Below are positions 8,271 to 16,344 of a DNA stretch of 30,019 nucleotides, in pieces. Position numbers and translations under genes: made by a program. The DNA is taken from positions 43,137 to 73,155 of the forward strand of contig JBHLMP010000012.1 in the NCBI GenBank assembly GCA_048938025.1, written 5' to 3'. The notes beneath the pieces are model-generated. The model was not told the DNA's origin. It did no database searches and saw only the letters and a list, made by a program, of their open reading frames with translations. Each line of letters starts with the position of its first letter. Within the stretch, counting starts at the first letter, position 1. This DNA is from Promethearchaeota archaeon (lineage in GTDB: Archaea; Asgardarchaeota; Lokiarchaeia; Sigyniarchaeales; SOKP01).

Positions 8271-9776
8271 TTATAAACTAGGATCGCTGGCAAAACTCCA
8301 TGTATCTTTAATGCCCAAATTATCTTGAATTAAAGGTGCTTGAATATCATCTATTGACTGTGTTTGTCCTGAAAGTATTAAATTTTTCGCAGAATTAAAC
8401 GCGTTTCCTATTGTCTCAGTTTGATTTAATTGATCCCAAAATGAATGAAAGAACCATGATCCTGCAAAACCATCAGCATTTGTGTTATCTCGCCAATACC
8501 ATGAAAAAACATCTGTTGTTGAAGTGATTAATATAGAATTGGGTATATTGTACCAACTTAGCCCTATGTTTGAGTTTTCATTTAAAAAATTTCCACTAAA
8601 ACAAATATCAATATTAATCAACATTCGTTTACAATTAATTTGTTTAACTAAATTAAAAAATTCCAATTCCGTGATATAACTATCATCTGCTTCGAAATGA
8701 AATGTTGCATTTCCATCACCCAGCATTTTATTTGATCCATGGTCAGTCATAAAAATTATTAATTGATCTTTCTTTGTAATAGTAGAAGCAAAGGAACCTG
8801 GAACTGAAATATCTAATTCTTGTTTAAACCTACTTGAATTCACGTCGTCATTTTCTACATCAACAATAGCATTGGTTAAATCATTTAATACTCCATCATT
8901 TGCGTATATATCTATTATGCTATCATTAGTATGATAGAGCATTAGAAAGATATTATCATCAGTGTACCCATGATTCTTTAGAATCCAGTAAACTTGGAGT
9001 GCTTGAGCAGGAAAACCATCTGAATCTGTATTACTAGGGGGAGGGCTTGGAATTGGTGGTGGAAACCAATATTCTACTTTAATATCATCAAAAAGTACCA
9101 TATCACCACCATTCATAATACCCTCAACTGCTAAAACTAAATGTAATTGAGTTATTTCATTTAGAGTCGAATTGTCGGCAATACCTGTTACATTTAAAAA
9201 TGTCCATCCAAAAAAACCTCCAAATAACCCCGTCGACCAATCTGTTCTTACTATACCATTGCTAGAATTTAACCACCGTAATCCTATTCTTGCCCCTGCC
9301 CCGGGAGGTGTTATATTAGCAGGTGTAATAGGTGAAAAGTTTATATTAGTTGTGATATTAACCCAGGCAGAAAGCCTGTATGCCGCAAATTTAAATAACT
9401 CATAATAATTTGTCCAATTGTATACGAACTCCGTATTAACATATCTGGGCTGTGGAAAACCAGTTAATGTATATAAAAATATAACTCCAGGAGTATCATG
9501 ACCAGGTATAGAGGTATCAACTCCTCCAGACATATTACCGAAATCTGGCGTCCATCTAGGTGGACCTTCAATATCAAATTTTGAATCTTCTCCATCATTA
9601 AAACCAGGTTCACCTTCCTTCCAATAAAAATCATTAGCACTGCAAACTATTATCGCTTTTCTTGTTCCTTTTTCAGTCGGTTTTTCTTCGAGAGGAATTA
9701 ATAATGTAACTAAACCCACGATCAATACTATGGTAATAACAACTATGATAGTTGGAATCCATTTTCTCTTACTCAT
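8271..9776 (-). CDS. Membrane-anchored clan CD / C13-family (legumain, Gpi8/PIG-K-like) cysteine peptidase with an inserted CBM4/9-like domain
   Basis: N-terminal TM; beta1 RKAIIV; VYWILKNHGYTDDNIFLML helix/strand typical of C13; catalytic-dyad motifs IFMTDHG and IDICFSG. The insert has a YRLSAWV..WTFLNVT..VLFDDIKV jelly-roll pattern and ends in a Pro-rich linker. Confidence 0.8.
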   Translation of the reverse strand: MSKRKWIPTIIVVITIVLIVGLVTLLIPLEEKPTEKGTRKAIIVCSANDFYWKEGEPGFNDGEDSKFDIEGPPRWTPDFGNMSGGVDTSIPGHDTPGVIFLYTLTGFPQPRYVNTEFVYNWTNYYELFKFAAYRLSAWVNITTNINFSPITPANITPPGAGARIGLRWLNSSNGIVRTDWSTGLFGGFFGWTFLNVTGIADNSTLNEITQLHLVLAVEGIMNGGDMVLFDDIKVEYWFPPPIPSPPPSNTDSDGFPAQALQVYWILKNHGYTDDNIFLMLYHTNDSIIDIYANDGVLNDLTNAIVDVENDDVNSSRFKQELDISVPGSFASTITKKDQLIIFMTDHGSNKMLGDGNATFHFEADDSYITELEFFNLVKQINCKRMLINIDICFSGNFLNENSNIGLSWYNIPNSILITSTTDVFSWYWRDNTNADGFAGSWFFHSFWDQLNQTETIGNAFNSAKNLILSGQTQSIDDIQAPLIQDNLGIKDTWSFASDPSL

Positions 9777-9980
9777 AAGATTTCACTACATTGAAAAATA
9801 TATTCTTTAATAAAACTATAGTTTCATCAAATTTTTAAATTTATCCTCTTTATCAAAATTATTTTTTCAATATTTCAATGAAATGAAATATGAATCAGTT
9901 AATATAGTCTTAAATAAAAAAATAATATTAAAAAAGAAATAGGTTTAAATGAGCTATTCGCTCATATTTTTAATTCCTCT

Positions 9981-11384
9981 TCACTCTATATCTTTAATAG
10001 ATGGTGTTAAGAAATCTTCTTCTTTAGGTTTTTCTGTCATGTTTAAAAGATTATATTCAGTTATCATCTGAAGTATCCCCATAACTTTCATGCCGTGATT
10101 GTACATATCATTCGCGTCAGAGAGATTCCTCCAGCAAAATGGGCATTCGGTTGTCAAGATATCTGCACCAACAGCATTCGCTTCATCACATCGCAAACTG
10201 GCAGTTCTGAGCGAAAAATCAGGATATCCCGCCCTCACCCCTCCACCAGCACCACAACACATACTATCAAGTTTAATACGATACATCTCTTTAAAGACAA
10301 TACCGACATCCTCTGCAAGCTTTCTAAGAATTATACGTGGAACTTCATACCACTCTTCGATTCTTTTCTTAATCTCTCGCGAATCGAACATAAGATTCTT
10401 GGATTCTCTGATCATTTCTTGTTCAAAATCTACTGCGAAATGTCTTCCTGTATGGCAGGGATCATGATAAGTAACAACCTTTCCCTTTAATTCTTTATTT
10501 GGCTTAAATTTGATTTTCTCTTGTTGAATTAACCTTGCTACTAGTTCAAAAGCGTGCTGTGTTTTGAAAGGAAGCTTTTCCCCTTCAGGCATCCATTTTG
10601 GATAATCAATGGTAAAAGTTCTATAACAACCCGCGCAACTGAAATATACCATTTTTACATTCTTAAAAGCTTCTAAATTTTTATTCATTAATTCTTGAGC
10701 AGTATCAACAGCCCCAATCCTAAAGAAAGGACTTCCACAGCATACTTCATCTCCGATTATAGTGAAATTCATTCCTAATTGTTCAAATAGTTTTGCAGTT
10801 GTAATAGCGACCTCTATTTGACGATAACTTGCTGTACACCCTACATAATATGCAATTTTGGCCTCTTTATTATCTATATATTTTGCTAAACCTGCATCTT
10901 TTGCCCATTTAAATCGTTCTTCTGCTTTACCTCCATATGGATTGTTCAATTCTTTAACCAATCTGTCAACTAATTCATGTTTATCAATCATTGGTACTCC
11001 TGATTCTATACACGCAGCCCGTAAAGATTCAATAATATCAACTGTTGGAATCTTATTATCACACTGAGCTGAACATTGACCGCATGTTATGCATGGCATA
11101 ATTGCATCCCTTACTTCTTCAGTAAATTCTAAATCCCCCGTTAGAATTGACCTAGCAATCCAAATCTTACCAGCATTCCAGAACGCTTCCCAACCATATT
11201 CTATACCAGCAGGACAAGCATCCACCATTCCTTCATAAAGTACTGTACCTTGCTTTCCAGCATACTCTCCTATTCCTTCTCTATCAGGTTCACCAGAATA
11301 AGCGAATTTACATGCCTTACAGTGAATACATTTAAAAATTTCTTTTTTTAGCTCTTGGAGCCTTTCCATTCCTGTTTTTGCCAT
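9981..11384 (-). CDS. HdrD/GlcF-like (Fe-S)-binding oxidoreductase with two CCG domains
   Basis: CxxCxxC..CP and CxxCxxCxxxC ferredoxin motifs; YYVGC..CCG..CAGC and YHDPCH..CCGAGGG..CPFC CCG-domain motifs; strong SD AGGAGGT. Confidence 0.9.
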   Translation of the reverse strand: MAKTGMERLQELKKEIFKCIHCKACKFAYSGEPDREGIGEYAGKQGTVLYEGMVDACPAGIEYGWEAFWNAGKIWIARSILTGDLEFTEEVRDAIMPCITCGQCSAQCDNKIPTVDIIESLRAACIESGVPMIDKHELVDRLVKELNNPYGGKAEERFKWAKDAGLAKYIDNKEAKIAYYVGCTASYRQIEVAITTAKLFEQLGMNFTIIGDEVCCGSPFFRIGAVDTAQELMNKNLEAFKNVKMVYFSCAGCYRTFTIDYPKWMPEGEKLPFKTQHAFELVARLIQQEKIKFKPNKELKGKVVTYHDPCHTGRHFAVDFEQEMIRESKNLMFDSREIKKRIEEWYEVPRIILRKLAEDVGIVFKEMYRIKLDSMCCGAGGGVRAGYPDFSLRTASLRCDEANAVGADILTTECPFCWRNLSDANDMYNHGMKVMGILQMITEYNLLNMTEKPKEEDFLTPSIKDIE

Positions 11385-11403
11385 TTTTTTTTACCTCCTT
11401 TAC

Positions 11404-12891
11404 TTAAGGAAGAGCAAGTCTTCCCGGATGCATTATCATATTAGGATCAAACATCTTCTTTATATTTCTTAAATATTTCCAGTACATCGCTGCTTGACTA
11501 TAAGTTAATGGGGCATGAATATATGGGTCTGGTCTATAATTTAACCATCCCTGTTTTAGGTTATATTCCGTTGTTTCTCTATTCATAGCTTGAACCTTTT
11601 CATAATCTGATTGTTTAGTGGAATCAAAACAGATGATTGGCATACAAATTGCTTGTCGGCAGCGTTCGATACTCGCGATCCACATTACTGGGGGGAATCC
11701 ATATTTCTCCATTGTTGCACAATAATTTTCAGCAAAATGAGCACATTCATTCCATGGTGTGTACCAAGTTATAAATAAAAATCCGGCTTCCCAGAAACTA
11801 TAAGGTATAGCAATTTTATTAGGTTTTTTTAACCTGCTTGCAATTTGTTTCGGATGAAGTTCCTGAGGTTTTACAGCATCAGGATCTTTAGCTCTATTCT
11901 TCTTGAAATCTTCAGCCATTTTGTTAATTCTATTAGTAACATAATCCAGTTCCTCTTGAGTTTGTGCCCAGCACTCCCAATTCATCCACCATTTACTAAT
12001 TCCCATTTCTTTAAAGAATTCATAATCATGGGGTACTTTATCTTTAGGCCATCGAGCCATGACTAAAGGATAATTTCCGCCTTGAACCATAACAGCGTTA
12101 TGGGCAATTCCAAATTCTTGTTTCCCAATTTCTAACGTTAAATCTTGCATATCATAAGGGTTGGACATACCCCATACAACTACGGTCTTAAATTCAGGAT
12201 GAGGAAAAATCTTAACTGCGACTTTTGTAACCACTCCTAAAGCACCTTGACTCCCCATAATAGTTGACCAAATATCAGGTCCTAAACCATATTTATAAAA
12301 GGGTTTAGCAAAAGGAAGAGCCCAGGAGCCAGTTCGTACAATGTCACCATTTGGAAATACAATTTCTCCACACATAAAATTATCTCCTTGTGGTCCGACG
12401 CTTGAAGTATAGAGAGAAAAACCTCTATCAATGGCGTCGCCCATAACAGTTGAAGCTGGTGGAGCACCATCTGGGATAGGGGGCGCCCAATCTGGAGTAT
12501 TCTTATGCATATAAGCCCAAAGTTCACCAATTGTTACCCCAGGCTCGACAACGGCATACCGATTATCTGTGTCAATTTCAATAATTCTATTCATTCTGCT
12601 CAAATCAAGAAGAACTCCAGCAGGCTTAATTGTTGGACATGCAAACCCACCGGATAAACCTGCAGAAACGGGACTTACTGGAATTTTTTCAGCAGAGCAG
12701 TATATTAAGATTTTACGGATTTCTTCAACATATTTTGGACGTACAACGATATCAGGGATTTGACTTTCTAGACCCATAACAGACTTTGCAAGATACGATG
12801 CTGTAATTGCTTTATTATTGGTAGCGTATTCTTTGCCAACAATACCAACCATAGCTTCTAAATCTTTCTCGTCTGGTAATTTATATGACAT
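11404..12891 (-). CDS. FAD-binding oxidoreductase of the VAO/PCMH (GlcD/D-lactate dehydrogenase/4-cresol dehydrogenase) family
   Basis: PDIVVRP..LLDLSRMNRIIEID..AVVEPGVT FAD_binding_4 signature; GSQGALGVVTK; C-terminal KKMFDPNMIMHPGR. Lies 19 nt upstream of the Fe-S partner. Confidence 0.9.
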   Translation of the reverse strand: MSYKLPDEKDLEAMVGIVGKEYATNNKAITASYLAKSVMGLESQIPDIVVRPKYVEEIRKILIYCSAEKIPVSPVSAGLSGGFACPTIKPAGVLLDLSRMNRIIEIDTDNRYAVVEPGVTIGELWAYMHKNTPDWAPPIPDGAPPASTVMGDAIDRGFSLYTSSVGPQGDNFMCGEIVFPNGDIVRTGSWALPFAKPFYKYGLGPDIWSTIMGSQGALGVVTKVAVKIFPHPEFKTVVVWGMSNPYDMQDLTLEIGKQEFGIAHNAVMVQGGNYPLVMARWPKDKVPHDYEFFKEMGISKWWMNWECWAQTQEELDYVTNRINKMAEDFKKNRAKDPDAVKPQELHPKQIASRLKKPNKIAIPYSFWEAGFLFITWYTPWNECAHFAENYCATMEKYGFPPVMWIASIERCRQAICMPIICFDSTKQSDYEKVQAMNRETTEYNLKQGWLNYRPDPYIHAPLTYSQAAMYWKYLRNIKKMFDPNMIMHPGRLALP

Positions 12892-13089
12892 TTTAATCTT
12901 TCTTCATATTTTTTGATTTTTTTATTAATATAATATAATATTTTGGTAAATTAACTACTAAATTTTAAATTTTCTTATATCTTTTTCAAGCAAAAAATAA
13001 CTTTTTCTTATAGAAGTTTTGTAGAATTCCGAATTACAATATTACATTATTGTAAATTATTTTAAATGAAGAGAAAAAGCAGAAATTAA

Positions 13090-13665
13090 TTAGAAATTCT
13101 CTATTGAATTTTTTGACTCAAAATTTAAATAGCTATAATTTTCAATATATTCACAATCCATAGAAGATTTTTTCCTTCTTTTGTCATTTATAATAAATTT
13201 TTGAAATTCTTCGTTATCTTCATCGATAAATTCCCAGAATTCCTCATAAATTTCTTTTAAATTCATTTCTTTTTTTCTTGGAACAATTTCAGCTTTTTTA
13301 GAGGTTTTTTTCTCCGTACCATCATAATTTAAAGGGCAGTATTCCAAAGAATTACCCTCTAAAATAATATTTTCAAACAATTCTTTATCATCCTCTTCAG
13401 CCGGATTAAACGCTTTTACTCCATTTCTTAAGTTCTTAACATTTTTTTGTTCCAATTCAAGATCTACCTTCTGATACCCTCGGATTTGAAAATCTCTATC
13501 CATAAAAACCTGGAAATGATGCGGACAGATTAATCCTTTATGGATTGAAATGGTTGTTAATTGAGAATTTAGACTTTTTTTTAATTCTGGAATACCAACT
13601 ATATCCCTAGACTTACAGATTGGACATATTACTTGAACTTTTTTTGTTATTTTCGGGACAATCAT
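13090..13665 (-). CDS. Zinc-finger-like hypothetical protein (CxxC...CxH), Lokiarchaeia-type family; ATG at 13665 preferred over GTG at 13677
   Basis: ICPICK..ICPHHFQVFMDRDFQIRGYQKVD motif. A TATA-like TTTAAATA lies on the minus strand near 13723-13730. Confidence 0.65.
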   Translation of the reverse strand: MIVPKITKKVQVICPICKSRDIVGIPELKKSLNSQLTTISIHKGLICPHHFQVFMDRDFQIRGYQKVDLELEQKNVKNLRNGVKAFNPAEEDDKELFENIILEGNSLEYCPLNYDGTEKKTSKKAEIVPRKKEMNLKEIYEEFWEFIDEDNEEFQKFIINDKRRKKSSMDCEYIENYSYLNFESKNSIENF

Positions 13666-13796
13666 TAGGATTCTCACATTCTAGAACAAAATCTTGCTAT
13701 TAATACCATATCTATAATCTTATATTTAAACCTCCTTTATTCTTATGAATTACAAAATAGAAATTTGGCAAACCAGTTAAAAAGAAATTTTAAAAA

Positions 13797-14600
13797 TTAT
13801 TGTTTAAAAAACATTTTTGATGAATATCTTATACCAATAAAAAGGAAAAACAGAGAGAAGATTAAAGTTAATGGTAAGTGCCCTACAATTATGTAGGCGA
13901 AATTAGGTTCTGTTGAATAAAAATATAGCGTAATAGTTATCACCAGATATATTAAACAGTTTAAAGTAGCAATTTTCCAATTTGAAGACAAAAATCCTAG
14001 AATTAAATTAGGGAGTATAAATAAAATACTTATGTTTATGGTAGACAATAATATTAAAATAGGCATAAATCTTGTAAATAATTGTTCTGGAGTAAAGAAT
14101 CGGTTCAAATTAAAATAATTATACATAAAAGAAGTTACGTTTATGCTCAGGAGAATTAGAAAATAACATAAACATCCTACGATTATCCATGACAATAATA
14201 ATCTTATCTTTGGAGAAGGCATAATTTTCCTTCTTAAATTATTGTTAATTATTCTTTCCATATCATCAGGGTAAATTGTTTCAAGATCATAATCAGGTGA
14301 ATAAGAATCAATGAAATCTTGCATTATATTTTTAACAATTAATGTCACTAAATGGTTATTGTCGTTAGTACTTACAACAGTAGCTCCGAGAATTCTTTCT
14401 TCTGAATTAGGTACTAAAATAAGTTTATTATTTTCTCCGAGATCAACATTTTTAACTATACCTCCTAATGCTTCTCTACTAAAGTTAGCAATTGATGAAA
14501 AAAATCCTATTAAGACATTTTGATCATATTTTTCTTTCATAAAATTTTTAGAATACAACAAAAATCCGTTCTCATCCAAGAAATATATACTTTTTATCAT
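13797..14600 (-). CDS. Longin/roadblock-like N-terminal domain fused to about four TM helices
   Basis: MIKSIYFLDENGFLLYSK..LIGFFSSIANFSREALGG.VKNVDLG.NKLIL matches the longin beta-beta-alpha-beta pattern. Four hydrophobic segments make up the C-terminal half. ATG at 14600 is used here; the ORF track uses TTG 14609. Confidence 0.75.
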   Translation of the reverse strand: MIKSIYFLDENGFLLYSKNFMKEKYDQNVLIGFFSSIANFSREALGGIVKNVDLGENNKLILVPNSEERILGATVVSTNDNNHLVTLIVKNIMQDFIDSYSPDYDLETIYPDDMERIINNNLRRKIMPSPKIRLLLSWIIVGCLCYFLILLSINVTSFMYNYFNLNRFFTPEQLFTRFMPILILLSTINISILFILPNLILGFLSSNWKIATLNCLIYLVITITLYFYSTEPNFAYIIVGHLPLTLIFSLFFLFIGIRYSSKMFFKQ

Positions 14601-14637
14601 ATGATACAACTTTTTTTTATAATTCTTAATTATATTT

Positions 14638-16344
14638 TTAAGTTATTTCATAAAATTCTGAATAATCTTCTAAAGAAGCTTTATATCTTTTAAAACCAAA
14701 AAGATTTTGACTAAATAAATCTACTAATCGAATTATCATTTGATCAGGCTGATCTTTTACAAATATTTTAAATCTCTCATTTCTTCTTTCTTCTATGATT
14801 TTAGCTATTTCATCAAATTCATATAATTTTTTTATTAAGTCTTCACCCGGATTATCTAATTCAATTATAATTATTTCACCAGATTGAGGTAATTCTTCAA
14901 TTAAATTGTTGAAGGTTCCTGTTTTAGATTCTAAATTGCTGATAGTTAGGATTTGATCACAATTGGATATTATTCCTTCGGGAGCATAAAAGATTAAAAT
15001 CACATGGAACTTTTCTTTAATTTTTTTCATGTAATTATTAAATTTATCATATTCTAATCGGTCTAATATTTCAAAAGGAATAAAGAACATAATTATTGAA
15101 GGAAATTGTAGTAAAGCCCTGGCAATCGAAAATTGGAGGAATTCTAATTGATTTAATTTGGAAGTTCTTTTATTTTTCTTATGTAGTAATCCAGTGACTT
15201 CTAAAGCATTTTTAATATATATATTTTTAAGACGAAATCTCTTTGAAGTAGCTAAAAATATTTCTTCCATTATATCATCAATCTTTGGTCCAAAACCAGC
15301 ATCTTTCAATATTGTGTTCAATGTAGTTTTTCTATTTTTAAGGATTTCATTAAGATTAATATCATATTTGATTGCTTTCTTAATTTTCATGTTTTTTATT
15401 TTTGATTCATACGCTTGGGGTAGAATTACTATTTTTTCTAAATCTTTTTTATTTAATTGTTGAATATGACTTCCAAAAATCTCAATTGTCCCAGAAAAAT
15501 CAGAATAATTTCCCGAAATAGCCCAAAATAAATAAAATAAATCATATTTATGTTCTTTATCATGGAGTTGTTGTTCCTCATAGAGTATCCCTATTGATTT
15601 TCCTCTATGAATATTGAATGAGACATTTTTTATTCCATTTTTAATAGATACATTATTAAGAATTAAATGCTGAGAATTTTCCTTTAATTGATCCAATTTT
15701 AGATGGTCTGTAACAATTTCACACACTTCATCGATTAGTTGATAAATGTGAGGGGGCTTTAGCTCATTCCAGCTTTTAATAATATTTTTTTCATTAAATT
15801 CTCTTTCATTTATAATTTTTAAAAGTGTTTTCGAAAAGAAAAATGAGGGTAAGAGAGGGTATTTTTCAAAATTTATCTTTAATATTATTATAAAATATGG
15901 GAAAAAAATTCTAATCTCTCTAAAGTAAGGATTATTCTCGATTGGATAATTTTCGAACTTTTTATCTATTAATTCCACTTCTTTATCTAATAATGTTAAA
16001 CGCTTTTGAAATTCTTTTCTAATAAGTTTCCTCATACGTTCAATAATTTTTCTAGGACTGACAAGACCATCCTCATCAAAATCAGGTTCTACAATAATTT
16101 CATTAAAATCAATTTGTTCTTCTATTGGGGTATAGATTTTTAATAATGGTACTCCTTTTTCCATAACGTCTTTGTTTGTAAAAAATAATACTTCGATAAA
16201 CGACTTTTTATAAATTAAATTTAGAATTGATGCAATTCCAAACGTATTTTCTCTATATGTCATCCAAAAGCGCTTCGAATATCTAATTGCTTCTAAGATT
16301 TTTAATCTTAGACGCTCTAATTCATCATTTCTAAAGTTTTTCAA
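14638..16344 (-). CDS. UBC/UEV/RWD-like domain(s) fused to a degenerate (Walker-less) ABC ATPase domain
   Basis: TTG start with an AAGGTG SD, overlapping the upstream stop. ILKINFEKYPLLPSF..KSWNELKPPHIYQLI is UBC-fold-like with no catalytic Cys. IKNVSFNIHRGKSIGIL, LPQ, SIARALLQFPSII and CDQILTI are NBD-like, but GxxGxGK, LSGGQ, DE and the H-loop His are lost. Confidence 0.7.
   Translation of the reverse strand: MKNFRNDELERLRLKILEAIRYSKRFWMTYRENTFGIASILNLIYKKSFIEVLFFTNKDVMEKGVPLLKIYTPIEEQIDFNEIIVEPDFDEDGLVSPRKIIERMRKLIRKEFQKRLTLLDKEVELIDKKFENYPIENNPYFREIRIFFPYFIIILKINFEKYPLLPSFFFSKTLLKIINEREFNEKNIIKSWNELKPPHIYQLIDEVCEIVTDHLKLDQLKENSQHLILNNVSIKNGIKNVSFNIHRGKSIGILYEEQQLHDKEHKYDLFYLFWAISGNYSDFSGTIEIFGSHIQQLNKKDLEKIVILPQAYESKIKNMKIKKAIKYDINLNEILKNRKTTLNTILKDAGFGPKIDDIMEEIFLATSKRFRLKNIYIKNALEVTGLLHKKNKRTSKLNQLEFLQFSIARALLQFPSIIMFFIPFEILDRLEYDKFNNYMKKIKEKFHVILIFYAPEGIISNCDQILTISNLESKTGTFNNLIEELPQSGEIIIIELDNPGEDLIKKLYEFDEIAKIIEERRNERFKIFVKDQPDQMIIRLVDLFSQNLFGFKRYKASLEDYSEFYEIT

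Noticed and set aside
8482-12763. Short ORFs 8482, 9172, 10095, 10099, 10858, 11845, 12282 and 12569
   Set aside because: All lie within well-supported longer genes (antisense or alternate frame) and lack motifs or SD sites.
9981-12891. Higher GC as a sign of horizontal transfer or a mobile element
   Set aside because: No integrase, transposase or flanking repeats are visible. Amino-acid composition and expression-related codon use of conserved enzymes explain it adequately.
14638-16344. Pseudogene call for the degenerate ATPase
   Set aside because: The frame is intact for 568 codons, it has its own SD and it is translationally coupled. Only the catalytic motifs are lost.
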